A stretch of DNA of 64,000 bases from positions 264 through 64,263 of the forward strand of contig JAZKYA010000017.1 in assembly GCA_045611945.1 (NCBI GenBank). The letters run 5' to 3'. This DNA is from Faecousia sp. (GTDB lineage Bacteria > Bacillota > Clostridia > Oscillospirales > Oscillospiraceae). Positions 20,362 through 30,206 of this stretch are shown piece by piece (within the stretch, counting starts at the first letter, position 1; each line of letters begins with the position of its first letter). Below the pieces are notes generated by a model. The model saw only the letters and a list, made by a program, of their open reading frames with translations. It had not been told where the DNA came from and searched no databases. The position numbers were made by a program, and so were the translations under genes.

Positions 20362-20395
20362 TATAAACGCCGTCCAATGACGGCGTTTATATTTT
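20361..20395 (+). terminator. terminator hairpin
   Basis: ATATAAACGCCGTC/GACGGCGTTTATAT. Confidence 0.65.
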
Positions 20396-20431
20396 GTCAC
20401 AAACAGCGCATACTATCACCGGGGTGAAAGT

Positions 20432-21730
20432 ATGACGAATTCCCTTTGGAAAGAAACAGCAGCTATGCCGGCATTTCCTGCCCAGCAGGGCAGCGCCAGA
20501 ACGGATGTGCTGATCATTGGCGGCGGTATCGCCGGGATCCTCTGCGCCCATATGCTGTCTCAAGCTGGAATTGAGTATATGCTTGTGGAGGAACGGGAGA
20601 TCTGCAGCGGCATTACGGAAAACACCACCGCGAAGATCACAGCCCAGCATGGGATGGTATTTGACAAACTTCTGCGGCGCTTCGGACAGGAACGGGCCAA
20701 GGGCTACCTACAGGCAAATCTGGAGGCGGCGGAGCTGTACCGAAAGCTTGCGAAGGATGTGGACTGCGGTTTTCAGGAGCAGAATTCCTATGTCTATAGT
20801 GAGGACGAGGGGGAACTGCAAAGAGAGATGGAAGCCCTGGAAAGACTCTCGTATAGCGCCATACTTTCCCGGGAGATCCCTTTGCCGGTGAAATGTTGCG
20901 GAGCGGTGGGATTCTCGTCACAGGCCCAGTTTCATCCTCTGCGGTTTTTGGGCCATATTGCCAAGGACCTGAACATCCGGGAGCATACGGTGGTCAGAGA
21001 GTTGCGGGACTGCACTGCCGTTACCAACGGTGGCCGCATCAAGGCGGACAGGATCATCGTTGCCACCCATTTCCCTTTTTTGAATAAGCACGGTTCGTAT
21101 TTTCTAAAGCTGTACCAGCAGCGTTCCTATGTGCTGGCCCTGGAAGCGGCCCAGAAGCTGGACGGTATGTATATTGGAAGCGAAAAGAATAGCCTGTCCT
21201 TCCGTAGCTATGAAGATATGCTCCTTTTAGGCGGCGGCGGACACCGTACAGGAAAGACAGGCGGCAACTGGGCAGAGCTGAAAAATTTCGCGCAGCTCCA
21301 TTATCCCGGCACCGTTGCCCGGTACCAGTGGGCCACCCAGGACTGCATGACATTGGATGGGCTGCCCTATGTTGGCCGTTACAGCGGCAGCGCAAAGGGT
21401 TTGTATGTGATCACAGGCTTTAACAAATGGGGCATGACCAACGCAATGGCGGGGGCGGTGCTGCTGCGGGATCTGATGCTGGGCAGGGAGAACCCTTACG
21501 CCGATGTGGTATCTCCCGGCCGGAGCATCCTGCGGCCCCAACTGCTGGTCAATGGGGTGGAGGCGGCAGGCAATCTTGTGCGCTTTACAAAAAAGCGCTG
21601 TCCACATCTGGGCTGCGCACTGCAATGGAATGCCCAGGAACGGAGCTGGGACTGCCCCTGCCACGGTTCCCGGTTTGACCAGGAGGGACACCGGCTGAAC
21701 GGCCCTGCCACCGGAGATCTGAAAAAATAA
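20432..21730 (+). CDS. FAD-dependent oxidoreductase with C-terminal Rieske domain (YhfW-like)
   Basis: IIGGGIAG, TTAKIT, GFNKWGMT, CPHLGC...WDCPCHGSRF. Confidence 0.92.
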   Translation: MTNSLWKETAAMPAFPAQQGSARTDVLIIGGGIAGILCAHMLSQAGIEYMLVEEREICSGITENTTAKITAQHGMVFDKLLRRFGQERAKGYLQANLEAAELYRKLAKDVDCGFQEQNSYVYSEDEGELQREMEALERLSYSAILSREIPLPVKCCGAVGFSSQAQFHPLRFLGHIAKDLNIREHTVVRELRDCTAVTNGGRIKADRIIVATHFPFLNKHGSYFLKLYQQRSYVLALEAAQKLDGMYIGSEKNSLSFRSYEDMLLLGGGGHRTGKTGGNWAELKNFAQLHYPGTVARYQWATQDCMTLDGLPYVGRYSGSAKGLYVITGFNKWGMTNAMAGAVLLRDLMLGRENPYADVVSPGRSILRPQLLVNGVEAAGNLVRFTKKRCPHLGCALQWNAQERSWDCPCHGSRFDQEGHRLNGPATGDLKK

Positions 21731-21829
21731 TGTCACGGAAATTTACTTTCCGTGACTTTTTTGCTACAATGGTGTAACCGGAGAAAATTCGTTTGCGAGA
21801 TATACAGTAGCAGCAGAAAGGAGCCCGCC

Positions 21830-22387
21830 ATGGAAGACCAACAGATCGTGGCGCTGTACTGGCAGCGGGACCAGCTTGCCATAGAACAGACAGAGCGTAA
21901 GTATGGAAGTTATCTCAAAAAAGTGGCCTATAACATACTGTATAATTTAGAGGACTGTGCGGAGAGCGTTAATGATACATACATGGCAGCCTGGAATGCC
22001 ATGCCGCCCCACAGGCCCCAGGCTTTGTGCGCCTTTTTGAGCAAGCTGACCCGGCGGATATCCATTGACCTGCTGCGCAAAAAGCAGAGCGCCAAGCGCT
22101 TCGGCGGGGAATATGACCTGTCTCTGGAAGAACTGAAAGGGTGCATACCCGGCGGCGGTGACCCGGAGGAAGCGGTCAATGGCCGGGCATTGGTCAAGAG
22201 CATCGAAAGTTTCCTGCGGCAGCTTCCGGAGAAAAACCGCAATGTATTTATCGGCAGGTATTTTTATATGGACCCCGTGAAGGTAGTGGCCCGGTATTGC
22301 GGCCTGACAGAAAATCATACCAAGGTGCTGCTGCACCGTACCCGTACCGCCCTGCGGGAATATCTGCAAGAGGAGGGATACCTGTGA
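21830..22387 (+). CDS. ECF sigma-70 factor
   Basis: MEDQQIVALYWQRD, ESVNDTY..AW, region 4 RNVFIGRYFY. Confidence 0.9.
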   Translation: MEDQQIVALYWQRDQLAIEQTERKYGSYLKKVAYNILYNLEDCAESVNDTYMAAWNAMPPHRPQALCAFLSKLTRRISIDLLRKKQSAKRFGGEYDLSLEELKGCIPGGGDPEEAVNGRALVKSIESFLRQLPEKNRNVFIGRYFYMDPVKVVARYCGLTENHTKVLLHRTRTALREYLQEEGYL

Positions 22388-22881
22388 ATGAAACCCATAT
22401 TCATAATGCCATAGGGGAACTTTCTGAGGATCTGCTGCCCCCGGTAGAAACGCTTCGCATGAAAAAACGGCATCCTGCTTTGCAGTGGGTGGCGGCTGCG
22501 GCCTGTCTGTGCCTGCTTCTGGGCCTGCCTTTAGGAAAAGGTGACTGGTTTGCGGCAAAGGCGGAAAACGGCAGGTATGACATGTTCGTGGGGTCGCCTC
22601 AGGAAAATATCCTTACTGATACTGTGGATGATTCCGCTTCTTATGTCTCGGTATTGCGGGCAAGGGTACTGGAAGTGCATGACGGGTACATTCTCGTGGA
22701 GCCCCAGGAAGGGAACAATGAGAGTAACAGCAGTGACCGCTGCGAGGTTTCTCTCTCCAAAATAAAAGAAGTCCCTCAAATCAAAGTGGGAGACATTGTA
22801 GAGATCGCCTATGATGGGATGGTCCAGGAGGTATATCCGCCCAGAATCACCGGCGTCCTTTCTATCAAAGTGATTGAATAA
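22384..22881 (+). CDS. putative anti-sigma factor with YobA/DUF3221-like OB domain
   Basis: GTGA overlap with the sigma gene, one TM (WVAAAACLCLLL), KVGDIVEIAYDGMVQEVYPPRI. Confidence 0.75.
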   Translation: MNETHIHNAIGELSEDLLPPVETLRMKKRHPALQWVAAAACLCLLLGLPLGKGDWFAAKAENGRYDMFVGSPQENILTDTVDDSASYVSVLRARVLEVHDGYILVEPQEGNNESNSSDRCEVSLSKIKEVPQIKVGDIVEIAYDGMVQEVYPPRITGVLSIKVIE

Positions 22882-22885
22882 CAAG

Positions 22886-22911
22886 CTCCCGGCAGCTTAT
22901 GCTGCCGGGAG
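22886..22911. terminator. bidirectional terminator
   Basis: CTCCCGGCAGC/GCTGCCGGGAG between convergent genes. Confidence 0.7.
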
Positions 22912-22920
22912 TAATTGGTA

Positions 22921-24207
22921 TTAGGCTTCTTCCAGAGATTGCAGCTCCGGATGCGTGGTTTCGTATTTCTTCCGGTCCCGGCCTGCCAGAACAAACAGGA
23001 GGAGCATCAGTCCCAGAGTGACCACGCCAACGGCGGCCGCGGTCAAGAATATGGGCTTATAAGAACCGATACGGTCATAGATGGCGTTGACCACAGGCAG
23101 GATGATCATGGATGCGGCAGCGGGCAATGCCATGAAAATGCCTACAATGGAACCCTGGGGATGATAGCCAAAAAGCGCGGAGGACAGCAGCGGAATCGTG
23201 ACGGATAACATTACCAGACCAAGGGAGAAAATAAGCACGGCGGCGATTGCGATTGCGTATCCGTTTACACAAGTCAGGAGAATGAGCCCCAGAACGCAGC
23301 AGATCATACATAGAGTGTTCGTAATCTTGATGCCAATATGGTCGCTGAGGAAGCCACACACCAACTTGGATGCGGCTAGACCCAGCATAAGGATGCTTTG
23401 TATGGATGCGGCTTGGGAAGCTGTCATGTCACAGTCCTGCAGATGGGGAACTACCACCATATAGGCCGCATACAGGCAGACATCGGACAGGAAAACCACA
23501 ATGATCGCCAAATAGAAGGTGGGTTTACGGAATACATCCTTTGGTTCATACCCGTACCAATGATCCCGTGTTTCTTTTTTTGGCTTTTTGCCGTGATGGT
23601 TGCCGCTGCCATAGGGAAGCAGGCCCATGCTTGATGGATGGTTTCGTATAAATAAAAAGATTAAGAATGCAGTGGCAGCAATCAGAATTGCACTCAGATA
23701 GTAACTGCCGCGCCAGCCTACAGCTTCAATGCGGTGGGACAGAATTAGGCTCAACAGGCTGCCGCCCAATCCGGTGGCTGCGGCAACTAAGCCCAGAATC
23801 AAACCCTGGTGTGTATGAAACCAGATATTTACCATACGGGAGGCTGCGGCAATGAAGCAGAAACCGTCACTTAGACCTATAATGGCGCAGGCCAAGGCTA
23901 ATGTCCAAACATTCTGGGCGCTGCCGAGAATGACATAGGCGCCTGCAGACACCAGTAAAGCGGTGGAGGCGAGCCGCCGGTAGCCAAATTTTACAAGTAA
24001 AATACCTGAAAAAAGGGTAGAAAGGAAGTTGCACAGGTTACGGGCACTGTATGCCAAGGAAACATTTCCCCGGGAGACTCCCAGTTCCTGAGTAACGGGA
24101 ATCATATAGAGACTGGTCGTGTTGTTGTAAATACCTACACAAACACCCAACTCCAACAGCAACACAGCGGCGATGACCCAATGGTAATTTTTCTTTATGA
24201 TATTCAT
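22921..24207 (-). CDS. MFS transporter (OFA/MCT-like)
   Basis: 12-TM pattern, NIWFHTHQGLILG, GWRGSY. Confidence 0.85.
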   Translation of the reverse strand: MNIIKKNYHWVIAAVLLLELGVCVGIYNNTTSLYMIPVTQELGVSRGNVSLAYSARNLCNFLSTLFSGILLVKFGYRRLASTALLVSAGAYVILGSAQNVWTLALACAIIGLSDGFCFIAAASRMVNIWFHTHQGLILGLVAAATGLGGSLLSLILSHRIEAVGWRGSYYLSAILIAATAFLIFLFIRNHPSSMGLLPYGSGNHHGKKPKKETRDHWYGYEPKDVFRKPTFYLAIIVVFLSDVCLYAAYMVVVPHLQDCDMTASQAASIQSILMLGLAASKLVCGFLSDHIGIKITNTLCMICCVLGLILLTCVNGYAIAIAAVLIFSLGLVMLSVTIPLLSSALFGYHPQGSIVGIFMALPAAASMIILPVVNAIYDRIGSYKPIFLTAAAVGVVTLGLMLLLFVLAGRDRKKYETTHPELQSLEEA

Positions 24208-24270
24208 ATCAATTCTCCCAGGAGATAACTCCTTTAGGCAAACGGAAGGCTTGTACGAGGGCGCGATCCG

Positions 24271-24729
24271 TTATTCGGTGATGTTTACGGGATGCTCCCG
24301 GATATAGGCATCCAGGATGCGGGCCGCCAGCATGACAAGACGGGTACAGGGACGCTTTTGATAGAATTCCTCTGTACGGGGTGTGGGATTGGGGTCGGAG
24401 GGCGGATTCTTCAGGATCTCACGGCAGATGATGCTGCCCGCTTCCGCTTTAAACCGGCCTGCCAGTTCCTGCACGAGAGCATAATGATTCTTTTTGGCAT
24501 TTTCGTCGGCAGACCCGTCGTAGCCATAGAGAATACCGGCTACCATCAGAATGCCGCTGACCGCGCCGCAGACCTCCCGCATACGGCCCATACCGCCACC
24601 GAAGGAGGATGCCATCCGGGCGGAAAAATCTTTATTAAGGCTGGTCACATCGCTGAAGGCAACGGTGATGGCCTGGGCGCAGTTATAGCCGTCCAGAAAC
24701 AGTTGGGCAGCTTGCAGTTCATGATCCAT
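24271..24729 (-). CDS. C_GCAxxG_C_C family redox protein
   Basis: GYNCAQA, FGGGMG, CGAVSG, SIICRE. Confidence 0.9.
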   Translation of the reverse strand: MDHELQAAQLFLDGYNCAQAITVAFSDVTSLNKDFSARMASSFGGGMGRMREVCGAVSGILMVAGILYGYDGSADENAKKNHYALVQELAGRFKAEAGSIICREILKNPPSDPNPTPRTEEFYQKRPCTRLVMLAARILDAYIREHPVNITE

Positions 24730-24824
24730 ATACTTACCTCCATTTTTTCGTTATACTAGCACAGTAATTCTTGATTGGCAATATAAAAATGAGCCGCGGC
24801 ACATTTTGTGCCGCGGCTGGATGC

Positions 24825-27818
24825 TTATTCGGTTCGCAGGGCGATGACAGGATCTTTCTTTGCTGCCAGCTTTGCCGGGATCAGACCGGCGATCAGGGTC
24901 AGACAAATGCTGATCATCACCAGAATGATGGCGGCGTTCAGCGGCAGTACGGCAATATTGCCGATGCCGGTCAGATCCTTGAGAATATAACAGATGGGGA
25001 TATTCAGCAGGGCCGTTACCCCAACGCCCATAAAGCCTGCGGACAGGCCCACGATGGTTGTTTCGGCGTTGAATACCCGGGAGATATCCTTTTTGGAAGC
25101 GCCCACGCTGCGCAGAATGCCGATCTCCTTTGTGCGCTCCAGTACGGAGATATAGGTGATAATGCCGATCATAATAGACGATACCACCAGAGAAATGGAC
25201 ACGAAGGCGATCAGACCGTAGGATACCGCGTCTACCATGGTGGTCACGCCGGACATCAGCAGCGCCACATAGTCGGTGTAGGTGATCTTCTGGGCTTCGT
25301 CTACAGATTCATTGTACTGCCGGATGATTTCGGCAATGGCTTCCTTATCCTCAAAGGTCTTGGCGTAGATATTTACGGTGGAGGGGGTATCGTAATCCAC
25401 TGCTCCCAGCTCGGCCAGGGTGTCGGCCAGGGTAGAGCCGGATACCTTGGAGGGCATATAGGCATCATAGTAGCCGGCCAGGGTAGCCTCGTCGGTGGTC
25501 GCTGCGATCATCTGGTCAAAGGCGGCTGCCACAGCGGCATAGCCCTGGACACCGAAGAGATCACCGGGCTGGGTAGCTGCCGCTTTGATCTGCAGGATCC
25601 GGGCCTGGGCCTGCTCGGCATATTTTTCTGCTGCCATGGCTTCCATCTGCTCTTTCATCAGATCCCGCAGCTCCTGGTCGGTGTAGCCAGCCAGATAGCT
25701 TTCCGCGGCGGCAGCGTCAAAGCCGTAGGCCTGGGCTACCAGTTCGATCATAGAATCCCGGGTGGAATACTGGTCCATAATGGGCTTCACAGCCGCGTCC
25801 AGAAATTCCTGGGTGGGGGTAGAGAGGATGGCGGTATAAACTTCTGTTTTCTGGACTTCGTTGAGGGCCTTGAAATAGGCGGTGATCTCCTTTGCCTTAT
25901 AGGCATCGGTGGGGTCAAGCTCCTCGGTGATGACAAAGGGCAGACCCTTGGTCACATCGAAGTTCTCATTCTCAGCAAGCCGCTGCTGCCTGACGATCTC
26001 GCTGTCGTTAGTCTCGCTGATTACCAACTCTGTCAGAGCCGCGGTGTAGCCGAAAGTACCGGAAATGGATGCGGAGGTGGCATCCGGGTTGGGCTGCAGA
26101 ATGCCGGTGATCTTCAGCTCCATACCGTTCTTGATCACCAGTTCCAGAGAGGCGGCATCATCCCGTACATCCTTCCAGGTGCCGTCGGCATTCTTCGTGT
26201 AGTAATCACAGTTCTTTACCAGCCGGAAGCGGGTGTCCAGGATATCCTCATAACTGACCGAGTGAACCTCTGCTTTGATCTCCTCGCCCTTTGCCACAGC
26301 GGTCATGATCTCATTTACTTCTTCGTCATCCATCAGGCCCAGGGCGTAGAAGGCCATATCGGTGATCTCACCGCTGCTGTCCAGGACCAGCACGATCTCG
26401 TCGGCTGCTTCCGGCCAGCGGCCTGTGACCAGGTCATACTGGTCATATACCATATCAGAGATTAGCTTACCGTCTGTGCCGGGGAGCATCTCGCTGAACA
26501 GGCCCAGCAGACCCATTCTGGAACCCATCATTTCCGCCATGGGGGAATTCTCCATGGCTTCGGTGGGCGCGCTCATGGCTGTGGACAGCTCGGTGCTGTG
26601 ATAGCTGCCATCCATGCCCAGCACATAGGTGTTCAAATCAACGCCATACTGGTACTGAATGGTGGTGACCAGCTCACCCAGGCCGGTTTCGGAGCCAGCC
26701 TCCATTTCCTTGTCCAGATAGGTTTTCAGGGCTTGCAGGTCGTTGACCACATCCTGTCCGGTGAAAGCGGCGTTGAACAGAGCATACATTTGGTTGTTGG
26801 AGTAGACCGTATTCTCCTGCCGTTCCATGGTTTCCTTCTCATCCATAAATTCCTGCCGGGCAGCGATCATGTTGCTGAGGCTGGACTCGCTTTTCAAAAT
26901 CGAGATGGGGTAGGAGGTGAGGGTGTCCTGCTGGATACCGTCGATATAATTCTGGATGCCGGTGGACAGCGACAGAATCAGCGCGATGCCGATGATACCG
27001 ATAGAGCCGGCAAAGGCCGTCAGCAGGGTGCGGCCCAGCTTGGTACGCAGGTTGTTGAAGCTGAGGGAAAGGGCAGTCCAGAAAGACATGGATATCTTTC
27101 TGTGCTTCTTGGGCTGTACGGTGATTTCATCCTCATGGAAGGGGTTGGAGTCGCTGACAATGCGTCCGTCCAGAAGCCGTACGATCCGGGTGGAGTAGCT
27201 TTCCGCCAGTTCGGGGTTGTGAGTGACCATGATTACCAGCTTATCCTGGGCGATCTCCTTCAGAAGCTCCATGATCTGCAGACTGGTTTCACTGTCCAGC
27301 GCGCCGGTTGGTTCGTCTGCCAGCAGAATATCCGGATTGTTGATCAGCGCTCGGGCAATGGCCACACGCTGCATCTGCCCGCCGGACATCTGGTTGGGCC
27401 GCTTGTGCAGGTGGTCCGCAAGGCCTACCTTGGTCAGAACGGCGATGGCCCGCTGCCGGCGCTCTTTTTTGGAGACACCTGCCAACGTCAGCGCCAGCTC
27501 CACATTGGCCAGGACACTCTGGTGGGGGATCAGATTGTAGCTCTGGAACACGAAGCCGATGGAACTGTTGCGGTAGTAGTCCCAGTCACAGTCCTTGTAT
27601 TGCCTGGTGGATACCCCATTGATGATCAGATCACCCTTGGTGTACCGGTCCAGGCCGCCGATGATATTGAGCATGGTGGTCTTGCCAGAACCACTCTGGC
27701 CCAGGATCGATACAAATTCATTTTCCCGGAAATTGATGCTGACATCCTGCAGGGCGTTCTGGGTCAGATCTCCGGTGACATAGGTTTTTACAATGTTTTT
27801 CAGTTGGAGCACGGTCAT
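24825..27818 (-). CDS. ABC transporter ATPase/permease fusion (MacB/FtsX-like)
   Basis: GQSGSGKT, MSGGQ, LADEPTG, SVLERTKEIGILRS. Confidence 0.92.
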   Translation of the reverse strand: MTVLQLKNIVKTYVTGDLTQNALQDVSINFRENEFVSILGQSGSGKTTMLNIIGGLDRYTKGDLIINGVSTRQYKDCDWDYYRNSSIGFVFQSYNLIPHQSVLANVELALTLAGVSKKERRQRAIAVLTKVGLADHLHKRPNQMSGGQMQRVAIARALINNPDILLADEPTGALDSETSLQIMELLKEIAQDKLVIMVTHNPELAESYSTRIVRLLDGRIVSDSNPFHEDEITVQPKKHRKISMSFWTALSLSFNNLRTKLGRTLLTAFAGSIGIIGIALILSLSTGIQNYIDGIQQDTLTSYPISILKSESSLSNMIAARQEFMDEKETMERQENTVYSNNQMYALFNAAFTGQDVVNDLQALKTYLDKEMEAGSETGLGELVTTIQYQYGVDLNTYVLGMDGSYHSTELSTAMSAPTEAMENSPMAEMMGSRMGLLGLFSEMLPGTDGKLISDMVYDQYDLVTGRWPEAADEIVLVLDSSGEITDMAFYALGLMDDEEVNEIMTAVAKGEEIKAEVHSVSYEDILDTRFRLVKNCDYYTKNADGTWKDVRDDAASLELVIKNGMELKITGILQPNPDATSASISGTFGYTAALTELVISETNDSEIVRQQRLAENENFDVTKGLPFVITEELDPTDAYKAKEITAYFKALNEVQKTEVYTAILSTPTQEFLDAAVKPIMDQYSTRDSMIELVAQAYGFDAAAAESYLAGYTDQELRDLMKEQMEAMAAEKYAEQAQARILQIKAAATQPGDLFGVQGYAAVAAAFDQMIAATTDEATLAGYYDAYMPSKVSGSTLADTLAELGAVDYDTPSTVNIYAKTFEDKEAIAEIIRQYNESVDEAQKITYTDYVALLMSGVTTMVDAVSYGLIAFVSISLVVSSIMIGIITYISVLERTKEIGILRSVGASKKDISRVFNAETTIVGLSAGFMGVGVTALLNIPICYILKDLTGIGNIAVLPLNAAIILVMISICLTLIAGLIPAKLAAKKDPVIALRTE

Positions 27819-27926
27819 TCCTCCGATGTTGATGCGTTACTGTTTATCTTATCACTTTTGCATACAGTTTAGTAAACGAAATGTAAATAAAAAGAAAAAG
27901 AGGGGGTATATCCCTCTTTTTCCGGC

Positions 27927-28472
27927 TCATTCTGTTTGGCCCAGGGTCACCATTCTGGGTGCATGGCCCATGGCAGGGATGACGGTATCAATCAGGTCAG
28001 CGGTGCGAAGCCGCAGGCTTGCGGTGTTGACGCAGGGGTGGACACCCAGGTATGGGCTGCCCAGCAGATCTTCATCGATCAAAAGCTGCACCCGGTTGTC
28101 TTTGTCATTCATAAGCCCCAGCACACTCAGTGAGCCGGGGGTGATATCCAGATACTCCTCCATAAAGCTGCCGTCGGCGAAGGACAGCCGGGAACAGCCG
28201 AGCTGCTTCGACAGCTCTTTTGTCTTGAATACCTTGTCACCGGGCAGCATCAGCAGATAGAATTCGGTGCATTGCCGGTTGCACAAAAACAGGTTTTTGC
28301 ACATGCCAGCTTCCAGCGCCCTATCAATGGCGGCGCAGGAAGCCATAGTCATAGCCGCTTCATGGTCAATGCGCTGATAGGAAATGCCCAGAGCATCCAG
28401 AAAATCATAGGTCCGAATTTCTTTGGGAAGCCTGCCGGTACAGTCAACAGGCCGGCCTTGCTGTAATTCCAT
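27927..28472 (-). CDS. prolyl-tRNA editing protein (ProX/PrdX, YbaK family)
   Basis: CKNLFL, SRLSFA, TPGSLS, GVHPCVNT. Start at MELQQG. Confidence 0.88.
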   Translation of the reverse strand: MELQQGRPVDCTGRLPKEIRTYDFLDALGISYQRIDHEAAMTMASCAAIDRALEAGMCKNLFLCNRQCTEFYLLMLPGDKVFKTKELSKQLGCSRLSFADGSFMEEYLDITPGSLSVLGLMNDKDNRVQLLIDEDLLGSPYLGVHPCVNTASLRLRTADLIDTVIPAMGHAPRMVTLGQTE

Positions 28473-28486
28473 AACTGGCCTCCTGT

Positions 28487-28894
28487 TTACCTGGCTGTGT
28501 CCAGGCTTTTGCCGAACACGAAGAACCGCTGGAACAGATATTCTGCTGCGAAATTGATCAGCATGGTCCCGATCAGCACCAGGTATTCGTTCCACATAAG
28601 GCCATAGGCAGGCTCTGTCAGCACTGCGGTCCACCAGGTGGAAAGGGGCGTAAAGACCAGATAGAAGCCTGCCACCTTCAGCATGGCGATGGGTACATTG
28701 GCGGCAGATTTGAAGGTGAATTTCCGGTTGAGGGTGAAGTTCCATACAACGGACAGTGTCAGCGAGATCAGATAGGACACCCAGTAGTTCAAATGCAGCA
28801 ACTCGTTGAGCAGAGTGAAGCTCAACACTTGAATAATGCCCGCACTGACAGAAAACAGAATAAATTTGGCGGTACGCAGCAGTTCGGTTTTCAT
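28487..28894 (-). CDS. GtrA family membrane protein
   Basis: KFILFSVSAG, WNFTLNRKFTF, QRFFVF. Confidence 0.85.
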   Translation of the reverse strand: MKTELLRTAKFILFSVSAGIIQVLSFTLLNELLHLNYWVSYLISLTLSVVWNFTLNRKFTFKSAANVPIAMLKVAGFYLVFTPLSTWWTAVLTEPAYGLMWNEYLVLIGTMLINFAAEYLFQRFFVFGKSLDTAR

Positions 28895-29727
28895 AGGTTT
28901 GCTCCTTTCCTTAGCTGCCAGAAGGCAACGGCACTGGCGGCAGCAACATTCAATGAATCCACATTGTGGTACATGGGGATCTTGACGGTATAATCGCAGC
29001 TTGCGATGGTAGTCTCAGTCAAACCGTCGCCCTCACTGCCCAGGATCAGCGCCAGCTTTTCTTCCGCCATCAGGGCAGGGTCATCAATAGATACGGAATT
29101 GTCACTGAGGGCCAAAGCGGCAGTTTTGAAGCCCATACGGGAAAGGGTATCCATGCCCTTTTCGGGCCAATCAGCGGTTTCCTCCCCCAGATAGGTCCAG
29201 GGGATCTGAAACACCGTACCCATACTGACCCGGGCGCTGCGGCGGTACAGGGGATTGCTGCAGCCGGGGGTCAGCAGCACCGCGTCCATGCCCAGAGCGG
29301 CAGCGGAGCGGAAAATAGCGCCTACATTGGTGGGATTCATTACATTTTCCAAAATGACGATCCGCTTGGCATCCTGCAGAACGCTTTCTACAGAAGGAAG
29401 CTGTGGGCGGCGCATAGCGCACAGAACGCCCCGGGTGAGCTGAAAGCCGGTAAGCTGGGTCAGGATCTCCGGTTCGGAGGTATATACCGGGATGCCGCCG
29501 CAGCGGGCAATGACATCCGCGGCCTGGCCGTCAATGTGCCTGCGCTCCATCAGCAGGGAAACGGGGGTATAGCCTGCGTCCAAAGCCCTGTGGATGACCT
29601 TGGGGCTTTCGGCGATGAACAGCCCCTTTTCCGGCTCAAAGCGGTTTAGTAATTGGCACTCCGTCAGCCGGGCGTATACATCCAGCGCCGGGTCGGAAAA
29701 GTCGGTGATTTCAATGATGTTTGGCAT
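28891..29727 (-). CDS. TrmH/SpoU family RNA methyltransferase
   Basis: NPTNVGAIFRSA, GSEGDGL, IPM..VDSLNVAAA. Confidence 0.92.
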   Translation of the reverse strand: MPNIIEITDFSDPALDVYARLTECQLLNRFEPEKGLFIAESPKVIHRALDAGYTPVSLLMERRHIDGQAADVIARCGGIPVYTSEPEILTQLTGFQLTRGVLCAMRRPQLPSVESVLQDAKRIVILENVMNPTNVGAIFRSAAALGMDAVLLTPGCSNPLYRRSARVSMGTVFQIPWTYLGEETADWPEKGMDTLSRMGFKTAALALSDNSVSIDDPALMAEEKLALILGSEGDGLTETTIASCDYTVKIPMYHNVDSLNVAAASAVAFWQLRKGANL

Positions 29728-29821
29728 AAGCAAAGTCCTTTAGGTTTTTATCTATAGTAGCAGAGAAAAAAGAAAATGTCAAAAAAATAAACCGCCCTCC
29801 GGCGGTGAATATGCGATACAA

Positions 29822-29875
29822 AGAAATAACCCTTGATGACTTAGCTGACCACTCTAAGCATCAAGGGTTATTTCT
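29822..29875. terminator. long perfect hairpin (17-bp outer stem)
   Basis: AGAAATAACCCTTGATG / CATCAAGGGTTATTTCT with inner CTTAG/CTAAG. Confidence 0.55.
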
Positions 29876-30206
29876 GTGAATTCTTGGTATCTAACATCAT
29901 TGATTAACCTCTCTTTCTACAGGCTCGATTCCGGCTTCACGACTAAATTTGAATATTTGTTTTCCCAGGAGTTTTCCTTTGAAGCCTTCCTCTTATAAGA
30001 TTTTACCTGTACATTGGTATCACCTCTTTGTGATTAAAATATATCATAGGGAAACCGTTTTTTCAAGTTGGGATACTTCATAAAATCAAACTGCCATATT
30101 TTTGCAAAAGGTAGAAAATGGGATTTGCGCATAGGTTTTTATTGACATAGGAAGATGGACTGTGATATGATGAATTTGTTGGGGAGTTCAGCGAGCTCCC
30201 CATTTT

